Shown here one piece after another: positions 11,301 to 19,867 of a DNA stretch of 64,000 nt. Both the position numbers and the translations under genes were made by a program. The DNA comes from a virus, in IMG/VR virus record IMGVR_UViG_3300047409_000468, positions 14,962 through 78,961 of that record, one strand, 5' to 3'. Every line of letters starts with the position of its first letter. The stretch's first letter is position 1. The notes beneath the pieces are model-generated. The model saw only the letters and a list, made by a program, of their open reading frames with translations. It was not told where the DNA came from and did no database searches.

Positions 11301-12136
11301 GTATATTCCTTTGTTAATTCATCGAGGGTCTTAACCTTTTGGCCCGAACCAGTCAACCACTGGTACATGGCCGCGCCAACACCCACGATCGCTATGGGCA
11401 ATAGTTGGGTCAAAGACAACATGCTGGTGAGCCCACCAACCATGCTCATCAAACCCGCCTTGACGCCACCAGACTGTCCAAAATTCATGGCCAACTGACT
11501 GCCCTGTTGCAGAGCAATCATAGCGGGGTTCATACCCATAGCGGCAGTGGTAACAACATCCTGCAACTGGTACATCATGTTGGTCTGCATCATCTTCTGC
11601 ATACCAGCACTACCACCACCACCACCACCACCCGCCGCTGCGCCCCCGGCCCCCAGCAAACCGCCCGGCTGCGTCCGTCCGGCACGCAACGTCCTTTCAG
11701 CATCCACCTGTCGCTGCGTGGTGATGCGCAACCGCTCCAGGGCCACGTTCATTTCATTAACCGAAATGGCCCCGACAGCATTAGCCTGCTTTATCTCAGT
11801 TTGCGCAATGCGATACTGCGACATGATTGCATGCGCTTGGTTGAACTTCGCACGCAAGCGATCGAGCTCTGCACCATAGGCCGCGATGTCCTCACCGCGT
11901 CCCATGGTGGTCTGCATCTGTTGCTGCGGGGTCTTTATATTGAGCGCCGCCTCGATGCGCCGGGCGAAACTTTCGGACTGGTTTGCCGCCTGCTGAAGCT
12001 GACTGGTCGTGGTCTGCGTAAGCTTGGTGACTGCCGCTTCAGCCTTGCCGGCCGCCGCCGTAAGACTGTTCAGTTCCGGTACTGCCCCGTCGGCAATGCC
12101 AGAGGTTACGACAGTGATGCCAAGCTCTGCCATCAC
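8345..12136 (-). CDS. Tape measure protein with M15 peptidase domain
   Basis: 1263 aa, Ala/Gly-rich helical; TMP motif YQLQDV.T....GMNP..IALQQGSQL; M15 motif SQHAYGAAVDINP...WGG.W...DAMHFQ. Confidence 0.9.
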   Translation of the reverse strand: MMAELGITVVTSGIADGAVPELNSLTAAAGKAEAAVTKLTQTTTSQLQQAANQSESFARRIEAALNIKTPQQQMQTTMGRGEDIAAYGAELDRLRAKFNQAHAIMSQYRIAQTEIKQANAVGAISVNEMNVALERLRITTQRQVDAERTLRAGRTQPGGLLGAGGAAAGGGGGGGSAGMQKMMQTNMMYQLQDVVTTAAMGMNPAMIALQQGSQLAMNFGQSGGVKAGLMSMVGGLTSMLSLTQLLPIAIVGVGAAMYQWLTGSGQKVKTLDELTKEYTKSVNDLAKAYGGASVSVENFAAKSEGVMTAKAQQSRQLLEAAGRGRAGALFGEASSDDWLSFGGAEMGPLGSSYQGQAFQVAKKFKAFEEPIRALFESIKAGNPDMDSFDKAILAIGKSSPLAGARLAELVEVTDEARKTFADLGVTVEEMVASLDKMQRLEIARADARTDEERLRAVKDLAEERNKDAVGLAKEHAIMRAVAEEQANIAREQRDFATERTKSLEDMVRKEGEEFGLMKLSGAQLDVQRQKLEFIDGIKDKAAKAGVAAGSAEYQTYQLLIDAAEQYFKILLQLKEAEEGISRERTKAQNDAQIAQMNARTNAEKIAAAGASAGAGKVGGAQTDFEIGEAARLERARIDKEMADATRSRHQNLDDLIRSQQEELDLIGKTAGETAALREEYRMTDELRRDAAERGVAMDEKEIANIKEKTKAYGLLVDELNKQKLIQDLIFERSLLYMSQEEAAIARKLHGTGISTDSPIAGYMRETARIQEIQGFARDTASDLLHSLSDALVQGGDDLGKNLVKALTDSAQRALDKVLDSLINTIINDIMGTGGSSGGGLIGAFLGGGGGGGGGGFLANTTFTDFLKNAGGGGGGGAVDSSVVSSIIGSAAGTTAARTGNIPLTKIDVGGGQYITVASAYAERFSGLIADLKKAGYPITSLGEGGYSDRFVKGTGNLSQHAYGAAVDINPRQNPWAVGAKGNFGDYGIDPQALAAKHDLEWGGMWRKADAMHFQVRRGEVQSDVQSGAIKNVEDFNKSLKKVTDTTDKVVKSSEEQIKALTDLNGISSKTASSLSELSGGMSNLGKTLQSFMANPQGGGSSWFSALSGLKGGAGGAIDWMTSISPAATMDILGGVGGLYHSGGIVGSPSSSRYFNSMSPWLSAPRLHGGNMFSAGEYPAVLKQGEAVFPSVAAAKASLGGNTIVNVHNYAGASIKTRATEDKEGVTLDVIVDRMNAANIDLRGTASNNAIRGKFNVNDRMKQR

Positions 12137-12420
12137 TATCTCCTATTATCGTTGCTGCCGAAAAGAGCGTCGAAAAGTTCGGGTGTCAGTGGCCGCGTGG
12201 AGATGTCTTCATCTCCAAGTATCGATGGGGTTTCAGGCTCTTTCTTCGCTTCGTCCTTCTTGCGAAGTGCCTGGATGTAGGCGACATCCATTTCCATCAA
12301 AAGCTTCAGTTCCCACTGACTTAGAGTGCGCTGCGTCAACCGGCACCACGCCTCAATCTCCGTGTATTCTAAACTCAGTGCCCCGGCGTAGCCCGGCCGC
12401 CGGGTCCAACACAACTCCAT
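12136..12420 (-). CDS. Tail assembly chaperone, gpT part (reached by -1 frameshift)
   Basis: L...EIEAWCRLTQ..L..WE..LL..MD motif; frame is open upstream to the slippery site at 12519-12525. Confidence 0.8.
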   Translation of the reverse strand: MELCWTRRPGYAGALSLEYTEIEAWCRLTQRTLSQWELKLLMEMDVAYIQALRKKDEAKKEPETPSILGDEDISTRPLTPELFDALFGSNDNRR

Positions 12421-12491
12421 GAAGTAGCCAAACAGGTATTCTATAGCCTCCGGGAATACTGGCCTCCTGTCTGCAACCCATTCCTCTATCG

Positions 12492-12935
12492 CTACACGAC
12501 ATCTGTAACGGAGGACACGAAAAAAGACGAGCGCCGTCCAGCCCTGTCTGCAACTTGGTCGCGTATGAACGGGAACCGGCTGTAGAGCGCATAGGCGTTG
12601 TCTTCAGTAAGCTCATGCACCACACCATCCAACTTGAACTGGGACCACGAAATCGTCGCTATGGCCAGCCCGCGTGTCTGCCGGTCATAGAGCTCTTCCG
12701 GGGAGAGTGGTGTGGGGTCGTCGCTTGCCATGCGTTCCGCAGCCATCTTCTCAATGGCCTTGCGCTGGCGTGTAGAATCCGGCCCGGCAATGCGGATAAC
12801 GATACCCATCTTCTTGCCGTTTGGATCCTTTATTTCGACCTCCAATCCCGCTTCTTGGGCGACCTGCAAAGCGTCAAACCGGGAAAGGTCTAACAACTCC
12901 ATCGGGCCGTCCGGATTCTTGGCCACATCATTCAT
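12492..12935 (-). CDS. Tail assembly chaperone gpG
   Basis: P.G...G..I.IAG.DS...LA...ISW...NA..LY..FP.IRDQV; lies between MTP and TMP. Confidence 0.82.
   Translation of the reverse strand: MNDVAKNPDGPMELLDLSRFDALQVAQEAGLEVEIKDPNGKKMGIVIRIAGPDSTRQRKAIEKMAAERMASDDPTPLSPEELYDRQTRGLAIATISWSQFKLDGVVHELTEDNAYALYSRFPFIRDQVADRAGRRSSFFVSSVTDVV
12519..12525 (-). other. Programmed -1 ribosomal frameshift site T TTT TTC
   Basis: X XXY YYZ heptamer in the gpG frame near its end; the -1 frame reads ...FFRVLRYRCRVAIEEWVADRRPVFPEAIEYLFGYFMELCW into the 12136-12420 ORF without a stop. Confidence 0.82.
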
Positions 12936-12957
12936 TACTTTGTTCCTCCCTAAAACG

Positions 12958-13128
12958 TTACTGCGCGGTTGTACCCTCCGTCAAGGTGGAAGGAATGCCG
13001 GCCGGCTTCTCTTCTGGCGGCTTCTTTTCCGCTGGCGCTGGTTCCGGTTTCTTCTCCTCTACAACAGGTTTATCCAAGTCTTCCTCGGGTATCTCACCTT
13101 CACCATACCAGCGTCTTACATTGGCCAT
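12958..13128 (-). CDS. Small acidic/Pro-rich hypothetical protein
   Basis: AGGAGG RBS before MANVRRWYGEG, 56 aa. Confidence 0.6.
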   Translation of the reverse strand: MANVRRWYGEGEIPEEDLDKPVVEEKKPEPAPAEKKPPEEKPAGIPSTLTEGTTAQ

Positions 13129-13144
13129 GTTTTCCTCCTTCTCT

Positions 13145-13636
13145 TCACGAACCCGGCACCATTGCCACACTGACGATATTGGAATTGATTTCAACCGTGC
13201 CGTTCAGGGTCTGCACGGTGTTGGCCCCGCCGCCAGCTTCCTGCGACATCATGACAAGCCCGTAGAACTCCCGGAGCGAGTTGCTGCCGCCCGTTGCGCC
13301 AGTCTTGTCATTAAGCTCCACCTTGAAGGCGTAGTTGTCCAGCACCTTGCTTGCCGCCACTATCTGTTGCTGGCCTGGATCGGTAGTGTCCGTGGCGAAA
13401 ACGTTGGCCATGCTGCCCGCGTTCTTCGTGCCCTTCATCTTCTTAGTGCGGCCCTCACCGATAAGGTCCGTTGTGATTAACTGGGCGCTGTCACCATACG
13501 GCCCCATCTGGGTCCACTTCTTGACCTCCGTCCAAATCACAGCGGCAAAGTCGGCAGCCACAACATCCACCGACTTTTCAGCAAACGGCAAGGTGCTGAT
13601 ATAAAACTTGCACCCGGCAACTGGATAAAGCGGCAT
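13145..13636 (-). CDS. Major tail (tube) protein, copy 2
   Basis: W.EV......G..GD.AQLIT...I...R.KK.KGT.NAG.M motif; near-identical to the upstream paralogue. Confidence 0.85.
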   Translation of the reverse strand: MPLYPVAGCKFYISTLPFAEKSVDVVAADFAAVIWTEVKKWTQMGPYGDSAQLITTDLIGEGRTKKMKGTKNAGSMANVFATDTTDPGQQQIVAASKVLDNYAFKVELNDKTGATGGSNSLREFYGLVMMSQEAGGGANTVQTLNGTVEINSNIVSVAMVPGS

Positions 13637-13658
13637 TTCAACCTCCTCTAAAGGCGTA

Positions 13659-14138
13659 TCACGCCGCTGGGGTGGAGACGATGTTCGAGTTTATTTCGAC
13701 GGTGGCGTTCAGTGTCTGCACGGTATTTGCGCCGCCGCCTGCCTCTTGTGCCTGCATCACAAGCCCATAGAATTCCCGAAGCGAGTTATTGACCTGCGCT
13801 CCGGTCTTATCATTGAGCTCCACTTTGAAGGCATAATTGTCGAGCACTTTGGATGCCGCAATCACTTTTACTTGTCCACCATCTGTGGTGTCTGTGGCAA
13901 AGACATTCGCCATAGACCCAGCATTTTTCGTGCCCTTCATCTTCTTGGTGCGGCCCTCACCGATAAGGTCCGTTGTGATTAGCTGGGCCGAATCGCCGTA
14001 TGGCCCCATCTGAGTCCATTTCTTCACTTCGATCCAAGTGACCGCCGAAAAATCCCCATGCACAACATCTGCCGATTGCTCGGGGAACGGATTGGTGCTG
14101 ATGTAAATCTTGCAGCCAGCAACCGGGTATAGAGCCAT
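13659..14138 (-). CDS. Major tail (tube) protein, copy 1
   Basis: Same motif; follows the tail terminator gene. Confidence 0.85.
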   Translation of the reverse strand: MALYPVAGCKIYISTNPFPEQSADVVHGDFSAVTWIEVKKWTQMGPYGDSAQLITTDLIGEGRTKKMKGTKNAGSMANVFATDTTDGGQVKVIAASKVLDNYAFKVELNDKTGAQVNNSLREFYGLVMQAQEAGGGANTVQTLNATVEINSNIVSTPAA

Positions 14139-14153
14139 GTCTAAGGTCCTTTC

Positions 14154-14579
14154 CTATACCGATATGGTCTCAAACGGCACGGTCACCGGAGTCCGCCAGC
14201 GGTCGCCGTCTACATACCCTCCGGCTACTCTCGGGCGCGATGTAACGCGCACCCGTGTGCTCCCGGAGGAGAGCACCTGCCCATGGAAATGCGCGGCCAG
14301 ACCCCCGCCAATTTCCTGTGAGTCTAGTTCACCGCCATTAAGCGGTGTGAGTATGCTGACACCCAAAATCCCCATGTGCCTGTTTTCGTCCATGGAGTCT
14401 ACGACCACCGCCTGCGGGGTTCCGGGGGAATACGACACAACTGCGTACATATCGGCTTTAGGCTGCCCATTCGTCGGGTACTGCACATTGCCCCAGACGA
14501 CTGGCAAGCCACCTTGCCACGCGGCCAAGTGCGCGAGCAAGGCTTCCAGTATTCTGGCTTCTGGTGTAGTCGCTGTCAT
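14154..14579 (-). CDS. Tail terminator / completion protein
   Basis: V.W.N..YP...G.L.V....P...G......AAHF....L....V.V...P pattern; synteny. Confidence 0.75.
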   Translation of the reverse strand: MTATTPEARILEALLAHLAAWQGGLPVVWGNVQYPTNGQPKADMYAVVSYSPGTPQAVVVDSMDENRHMGILGVSILTPLNGGELDSQEIGGGLAAHFHGQVLSSGSTRVRVTSRPRVAGGYVDGDRWRTPVTVPFETISV

Positions 14580-15046
14580 GAGAACACCAGTGTCGATGCC
14601 AGCCGCCGCTGGTTATTCTCTATTATCTGCGGCCACTGCTGAACCGCCAATTCAACAAAGTGCCGTCCCGGTTGGTTGTAGTTCCGGCCCAGTGAGTCGG
14701 TGCCCGTGAACCCATAGTTCTGGCGTGCAGCGTAAGCCGCGATGAACCCAAACGATATAGGCCCACTCAAGTCCCAACTGGCTATCAGCGCTTCCACGGC
14801 TGCCGTGTTCCCCAACTGCGGTCCCACACTCCCGTCGGCTGTGGGGTCGATAGGCGGTATGCTCGCGCCGGGTAAACCAATCAGCGAATTCTGCAGGAAC
14901 GAAGTATCCACCGGCATGTTGCCACCAGCACTGACCGGCACCTTCATCAAGCGGATAACTTCCTGCGTGCTCTGCTTTATCACAGCTTCCGTGAATAACC
15001 GCGATGCGGCAACCCACGCTTCTATCTGTGCAGTGAACCCGGTCAT
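14576..15046 (-). CDS. HK97 gp10-like tail completion protein
   Basis: F.AQ...W...PVDT.FL.NS...YA...NYG...G..FV..A.Q.W..I. Confidence 0.8.
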   Translation of the reverse strand: MTGFTAQIEAWVAASRLFTEAVIKQSTQEVIRLMKVPVSAGGNMPVDTSFLQNSLIGLPGASIPPIDPTADGSVGPQLGNTAAVEALIASWDLSGPISFGFIAAYAARQNYGFTGTDSLGRNYNQPGRHFVELAVQQWPQIIENNQRRLASTLVFS

Positions 15047-16116
15047 GGCGTTGCCGTGGTCTGTTGCCGGGACTTGCGCACTGCGGCTGCGATATAGTCA
15101 ATCTTGTACTCCGCATGGCAACGACAATTGATTACATCTTGCGGATAGGCACCATGCTCACGGTCACCGGGGTGCATCATCTTGGCCCCGGTTTCCGGCG
15201 ATATGAACGGCTCAGTATAAGCCACCTTCTTGCCGTGCAGTATGTAATGACTCCGGCGCTCACGCCCGTCCCGGTTGGTGCGCCAAATTTTCACTGCATC
15301 CCGCTCTTCGATCTTGCCGGTTTCTATCATCTGCCGTATCGATTCGGCCTGCCCGGCATGCAGCGACAGTATAGATTCCGTGCGCGCAATGGTCTCGCCA
15401 CGCAGCTGGAGCAGCCGGTCGCTATAGCGCCCGACCATCATCTGCACGTCTTCTACCTTAAGTGGCGTGCCCGCCGCAATGGCCCGATGCACCTTGGCAT
15501 CGAACCGCGCGTCTCGCCGCTTGCGCGTCAGGTAATTGGCCAACAGCGCAGGGTCACCAGACAGGAGCTCGGTGCGCGCGTTCTGCACATAGGTCAACTG
15601 GTTTGGGGTAAGGCCCACGATGCCACCCTCGCGCCTGCCCGTGCGCACAGAGACACGGCCGACGATGTCCAGCGCAGTCGTGCGCGGGTTCTGGCCCTTG
15701 GCCATGCCTTCGCTCAAAGCTCCGCGTACGGTCTCCCTAGCCGTGCGTGACAGCCCCACAACCAAGCGACTGCTCTCCACCCGCAGCCATTCCTCTGCCG
15801 GGGGAGCCCGTACGTTGAAGCGGAAGATAATGCGGGTGCCGGTGTTCGGGTCCGGCGTGGCGCGCGCGGCCTCTGCCGTCAGCACGCCTGCGGTCTTGAA
15901 TATATCCAGCGTAGCATCAGCCACTGCGGCGAACACCACCGGGTCCAGGTTAAGGATCGAAAGCGCATGCTCGACGTTGCCGGTTTCAATGGCGTCGGCC
16001 AATGCCTGGATAACCGTTTCGTCATTAATGTCGGCAATGGCCTCCAGGAACGCATCCCGTACCTCTGGCTCCATCTGGTCCAGCAGGTCTTGCAGGGATG
16101 AAGGTATTGCCGCCAT
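15043..16116 (-). CDS. Head morphogenesis protein (MuF / SPP1 gp7-like)
   Basis: RGETIARTE...KIW....DGR.R.SH..LHG...F......M.HPGD......INCRC. Confidence 0.88.
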   Translation of the reverse strand: MAAIPSSLQDLLDQMEPEVRDAFLEAIADINDETVIQALADAIETGNVEHALSILNLDPVVFAAVADATLDIFKTAGVLTAEAARATPDPNTGTRIIFRFNVRAPPAEEWLRVESSRLVVGLSRTARETVRGALSEGMAKGQNPRTTALDIVGRVSVRTGRREGGIVGLTPNQLTYVQNARTELLSGDPALLANYLTRKRRDARFDAKVHRAIAAGTPLKVEDVQMMVGRYSDRLLQLRGETIARTESILSLHAGQAESIRQMIETGKIEERDAVKIWRTNRDGRERRSHYILHGKKVAYTEPFISPETGAKMMHPGDREHGAYPQDVINCRCHAEYKIDYIAAAVRKSRQQTTATP

Positions 16117-16490
16117 TATGACCCTATCACCAGCCTGAAAACAATGAGTATGCCAGCCTCAGGCACGCGGATGACCTGCTTTATCGTAGTTGGTATGCCG
16201 TCGATAATCAAACGGTCGCTCACCAAGGGTTGAACGTTCACCGGTAGCGAGGTAGCTGGTATGATCGCCATGCGGTCAGTATTCAGGACAGAAGTCCCGT
16301 TGACAAGCCGGCGGTCTATCCCCTGAACCACGCCCACAACCGGGAAAGTCTCTATAGTCGGTACATCAGGCTCCCACGGCTGCGCCCCCGCTACCGGTGT
16401 CCGCCTCTCCAGCACAAGCACGCCTTGCTGGTACTCGGTAATTATACCGAGAGCGGTGTTCGCCATTTCTGTGTAGAATGCATCACTCAT
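16116..16490 (-). CDS. Head closure / head-tail joining protein
   Basis: FY......A...I.EY.QG...PW.P...V.G..V...D; synteny. Confidence 0.7.
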   Translation of the reverse strand: MSDAFYTEMANTALGIITEYQQGVLVLERRTPVAGAQPWEPDVPTIETFPVVGVVQGIDRRLVNGTSVLNTDRMAIIPATSLPVNVQPLVSDRLIIDGIPTTIKQVIRVPEAGILIVFRLVIGS

Positions 16491-16981
16491 GCCCGACTAA
16501 GCCACTTCGTGACACTGCGCCCAACCTCCCCGGACCCGCCAAGGAGACAGGACAGCATGCTATCCACTACGGTGAGGGTTGGCTTCTGGCTCTGCACAAC
16601 GCCTCCCTCGTCGGCGTATGTGACCGAAACCGCACCACTCACGCTTACGCTTTTCTGCACACGCCCCACGGTAACGTCAGGGCTAAGCGAACCGGGCTTG
16701 GCCAGTTCGCGGAGAGTGGCCTCGTACGTTGACCGCTGGATTTCTACAGGTATCTCATCAGAAGCGATGACGTGACCCTTGCAGTCTACCGCGCCGGTAC
16801 GAGGCCACCCCAAATCCTGATCGCGCCCATCTGTAGGCACTCCAGGATAACGCGGGCCGTAGGTGTTGTCCAGCCAGAGGGAGGAACGTTCTAGCGCAGG
16901 ATTCACCTCGCCCGCGACGGGTGTGTAGCCCATCTGTATACAGTACGATTCAAACCCCGCTTCAGTTCCGTAATGGGCCAC
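16487..16981 (-). CDS. Head-tail adaptor (DnaT-like family)
   Basis: AL.R.S.WLD..Y...G......Q.L.WPR...IP.EI....YE...EL. Confidence 0.8.
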   Translation of the reverse strand: MAHYGTEAGFESYCIQMGYTPVAGEVNPALERSSLWLDNTYGPRYPGVPTDGRDQDLGWPRTGAVDCKGHVIASDEIPVEIQRSTYEATLRELAKPGSLSPDVTVGRVQKSVSVSGAVSVTYADEGGVVQSQKPTLTVVDSMLSCLLGGSGEVGRSVTKWLSRA

Positions 16982-16990
16982 GGCAAACCT

Positions 16991-17626
16991 CTATGCCTTG
17001 GGCGGCTCTACCTGTGTCGTGGGCGGCACCACATTCTCACCGGGTACTGCCGAACCGGGCATGACACCGGCCCCATGGCCCGGTGCCGGAAGCTGTGCCT
17101 CCTGCTCGGGGCTGTGCTCGGGCGGCATTTCAGACGGCGGCGGCTCCTCACCTTCCGGCGTCCATGGTGCCTGCTCTTCGTAAGCCGCTTCCATCTCTTC
17201 GCGAGTAGGTCCGTCGCTCGCTACATCGGTCTTGTAGACGATTGTCTCGCTGGCCGGTGCCTCGGTCGGGATACGCTCGTGCAACCTCTCCAGGGTCGTC
17301 TTGGGCTCGCCCTGTGGGTCTTCTACGCTGCGCCGACCCACCAAGTCGCGTACATGGTCGAGCCGCAACGGCAAATCGACCGGGTCGCCTTCCTTGGTGT
17401 TCTCCTGCAAGCCGGCCACCACCTTTTCGCCAATGGTGATAACAGCTCTGCCCATTGCTTCACGGACGGCCTGTACTTTTTCATCAGTGCCTTCCCCGGA
17501 ATGCAGTTCATCGAGCGCCCGGAAACTTTCCTGATGCGTCTTGTTCCACTTTTCGAAGCGTTCGGCCTCTAGCTCCAACTCAGGAAGCTGCGAAACCCGC
17601 GCGCGGCTGAATGCTGAAAGACCCAT
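16991..17626 (-). CDS. Hypothetical acidic head-associated protein
   Basis: MGLSAF.R start typical of small post-capsid genes; RBS GAGGAG; Glu/Pro-rich tail. Confidence 0.6.
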   Translation of the reverse strand: MGLSAFSRARVSQLPELELEAERFEKWNKTHQESFRALDELHSGEGTDEKVQAVREAMGRAVITIGEKVVAGLQENTKEGDPVDLPLRLDHVRDLVGRRSVEDPQGEPKTTLERLHERIPTEAPASETIVYKTDVASDGPTREEMEAAYEEQAPWTPEGEEPPPSEMPPEHSPEQEAQLPAPGHGAGVMPGSAVPGENVVPPTTQVEPPKA

Positions 17627-17713
17627 GGTTGGTCTCCTCTAGGTTGGGGGCGGAGGAACCAGTTAAGGGATGCATAACCCGGTTCCTCCGCAATCGCGAG
17701 GGGAGGGGTATCC

Positions 17714-18667
17714 CTAGGCGATTTTGTGTTTGAACTGGACGATACGAACGTTCTTGTTGTCGTAGCGCCGGTTCCAGTTGGTGCCGACCGCCAGTTCAGT
17801 GTTGGTCGGGGCAACGCCCGTGGCCACGCCGATCCAGGCTACGCCACGCGGGTGCATGACAAAGTGCCTGCGGTTGATGAGGATATCCTCACCAGCCAGC
17901 GAGTCACGGTCAGTTTCAGTAGGCGTCGGCGCACCGCCATCGGCATAGCCGATAGCACCGGCACCGAATAGATACGTGGTGTAGACACCCGCATTCACCG
18001 GCATGCTGTCATCCACAATCACGCGCTTGCCCATGTAGAAGGGCAGTGTCGGGTTGCCTTCCTTATCGGGCAAGAAGTCGATCAACTGTTGCTTGACCAG
18101 CACTGACACCGTGGCGCTGTGCATGGCAAAGGCGGTCAGCTTGTCGGCCGCGTCACCCAGTTTGTAGATGGCGTCCACCACAGAATCTGAACCGATGACC
18201 GCCAGCGCGCCCGCATTGCCGGAAATATCCAACACATTACCGGACATACTGGCCGCCGCGAAGACGCCCTGTAGCTCGGCCAATAGCAACGCCTGCCAGC
18301 GCCGTGACCAGTATGCACCGACCAGACTGGCAATCTGCTGCATGGGGTCATCGCCGGAGAGCGCCTCGGCCAAATCATTGACGCCCCACGCCTTGCCGCG
18401 TGCATGCAGCACGGCGATGTCCTGCGCCGATGTGATCTTGTCGACACCCAGCGGCACGACATCAGACAACACCTCTTCCACACCGGTCAGGTCTTTCCAG
18501 AACGGCATGGCCAGCGTGGTGCCACCCTTGGCCCCGAACACATTGAGTTCAGGCACCGTGGCGACAATGCCGGATTCAAACAGCGCGGAAAGCTGTGTGG
18601 ATTTATCGACAACATACGGGTTGAAGACTGACGGTACAATGACGTCAGCAATCTTGGTAGAGGCCAT
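17714..18667 (-). CDS. Major capsid protein
   Basis: TKIADVIVP.VF.PYV...MPFWKDL.G...RGKAW...DLA..LSGDDPM...MHS...GKRVIVDD.MP...ETDRD.LAG.D.LI.RR..V.HPRG. Confidence 0.93.
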   Translation of the reverse strand: MASTKIADVIVPSVFNPYVVDKSTQLSALFESGIVATVPELNVFGAKGGTTLAMPFWKDLTGVEEVLSDVVPLGVDKITSAQDIAVLHARGKAWGVNDLAEALSGDDPMQQIASLVGAYWSRRWQALLLAELQGVFAAASMSGNVLDISGNAGALAVIGSDSVVDAIYKLGDAADKLTAFAMHSATVSVLVKQQLIDFLPDKEGNPTLPFYMGKRVIVDDSMPVNAGVYTTYLFGAGAIGYADGGAPTPTETDRDSLAGEDILINRRHFVMHPRGVAWIGVATGVAPTNTELAVGTNWNRRYDNKNVRIVQFKHKIA

Positions 18668-18711
18668 AGGTCAGTCCTCCTAGTTGGCCATGCGTTGGGT
18701 AAATACATGAA

Positions 18712-18817
18712 CCAACCGAGTCCACAAGACCGTCGGCTGGGATGGGTTCTACTGCCTCGTCACAAACGCCCGACAGTATTCCCGGTATTCAGCTGCCTCG
18801 TCACAAACGCCCGACAG
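18712..18817 (-). repeat. 25-bp direct repeat (18752-18776, 18793-18817) plus a third related stem-loop (18712-18740) in the capsid 5' leader
   Basis: CTGCCTCGTCACAAACGCCCGACAG twice exactly; on the mRNA strand all three fold into stems capped by UUGUG. Confidence 0.85.
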
Positions 18818-18818
18818 C

Positions 18819-19658
18819 CTACGCAGTGAGCACGTTATCGATCTCGCGCTGCGTACGTCCCGCTGCCTTCATCAAGCGGCGGGCCTTGTCCTTATCAGAC
18901 GTAACGATTCGGCCCTGCTCCGTAAGATTGAAGGCATCCTTCATCCACGGATTAATTTCCGAACCACGCCCGTTACCCGATCCATGTGCGCCCGAGCCTC
19001 TCGCTGCGACCACGAACGGTTTACCGTCGTCTGACTTGGACCAGTTCTCGACGAACTTGTCGATATCAACTTCGCCGAGGTCTGTATCCACTATGGCATG
19101 ACGCTTGCCGTCATCGCCCTTCTTCACCTTCACGGAGCCACGCAACAGCGCACGGGTAGCACCCATGAACTCCTTGGCGACACCATGCTTTACGAGCGCC
19201 TCAGTCAGCCCGCCGTCGACCAGCGTGGCATGAATAAGGTCATCACGTTCCTTGATTTCGTCGTCTTTGGTTTTGAGGTCAGCCAGCCGCTTGGTCTCGG
19301 CGTCGCGGATCCGCTGCTCGTAGCGCTCACGCTCTTTCTGTAGCTTGGCTTCAGCATCCTTGTCGCGGTTGGGATCGGCGCGCAGCGTCTCTAGCTCAGC
19401 CACCATATCTGCGTACTTGGCCGGGTCAAAGTCGCTCGGCAAACCGGCCAGCTTCGCATCGTTGGCGGCTAGTTTTTCCTTGAGTACCTTGCTTTCCTTG
19501 CGGAGATTAGCCAGAGATATAGCCAACGGAGAGACTGAAGTGTGCGCATTGAGCGTGCCATCCAGGTCCAGGTAAAACTTACCGTCCTTCTCGATGTACT
19601 CAGCCTTTAACGCCTCAGGTATTTCTGAGGCATCTTCAATAACTGCACGCAGCGCCAC
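18819..19658 (-). CDS. Capsid scaffolding protein
   Basis: MAL.....D..EIPE.....Y.EKDGK.YLD, coiled coil, GSGA.G..G...NPW....FNLTEQ C-terminus; upstream of MCP. Confidence 0.85.
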   Translation of the reverse strand: MALRAVIEDASEIPEALKAEYIEKDGKFYLDLDGTLNAHTSVSPLAISLANLRKESKVLKEKLAANDAKLAGLPSDFDPAKYADMVAELETLRADPNRDKDAEAKLQKERERYEQRIRDAETKRLADLKTKDDEIKERDDLIHATLVDGGLTEALVKHGVAKEFMGATRALLRGSVKVKKGDDGKRHAIVDTDLGEVDIDKFVENWSKSDDGKPFVVAARGSGAHGSGNGRGSEINPWMKDAFNLTEQGRIVTSDKDKARRLMKAAGRTQREIDNVLTA

Positions 19659-19670
19659 TAGGTTTCCTCC

Positions 19671-19802
19671 CTAAGCTGCGGGGTCTTCGATTTCGTCGTC
19701 GTCCTTTTCGTCTTCATCTTCATCGGGCGGCGGCAAATCTGTGGGAGCAGGCATGGGGATGGGTGCCGGCTCATCAATAACCTTTTCCGGGTCACCAGTC
19801 AT
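19671..19802 (-). CDS. Small acidic hypothetical protein (43 aa)
   Basis: Own translation MTGDPEKVIDEPAPIPMPAPTDLPPPDEDEDEKDDDEIEDPAA; GGGGAG upstream; fills the gap. Confidence 0.45.
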   Translation of the reverse strand: MTGDPEKVIDEPAPIPMPAPTDLPPPDEDEDEKDDDEIEDPAA

Positions 19803-19867
19803 CACAATGCATCTCCCCTAAGCAATGAAGGGCAAACCTACGCCGCTTCCGGGAAGTTGGCTAGTGG

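Noticed and set aside
9396-12280. Long + strand ORFs opposite the tape measure gene (similar ones opposite ART, portal and terL)
   Set aside because: Shadow ORFs of clear - strand genes
18752-18817. 25-bp direct repeat as a mini-CRISPR array
   Set aside because: Only two copies, a 16-nt spacer and no cas genes; better explained as RNA hairpins
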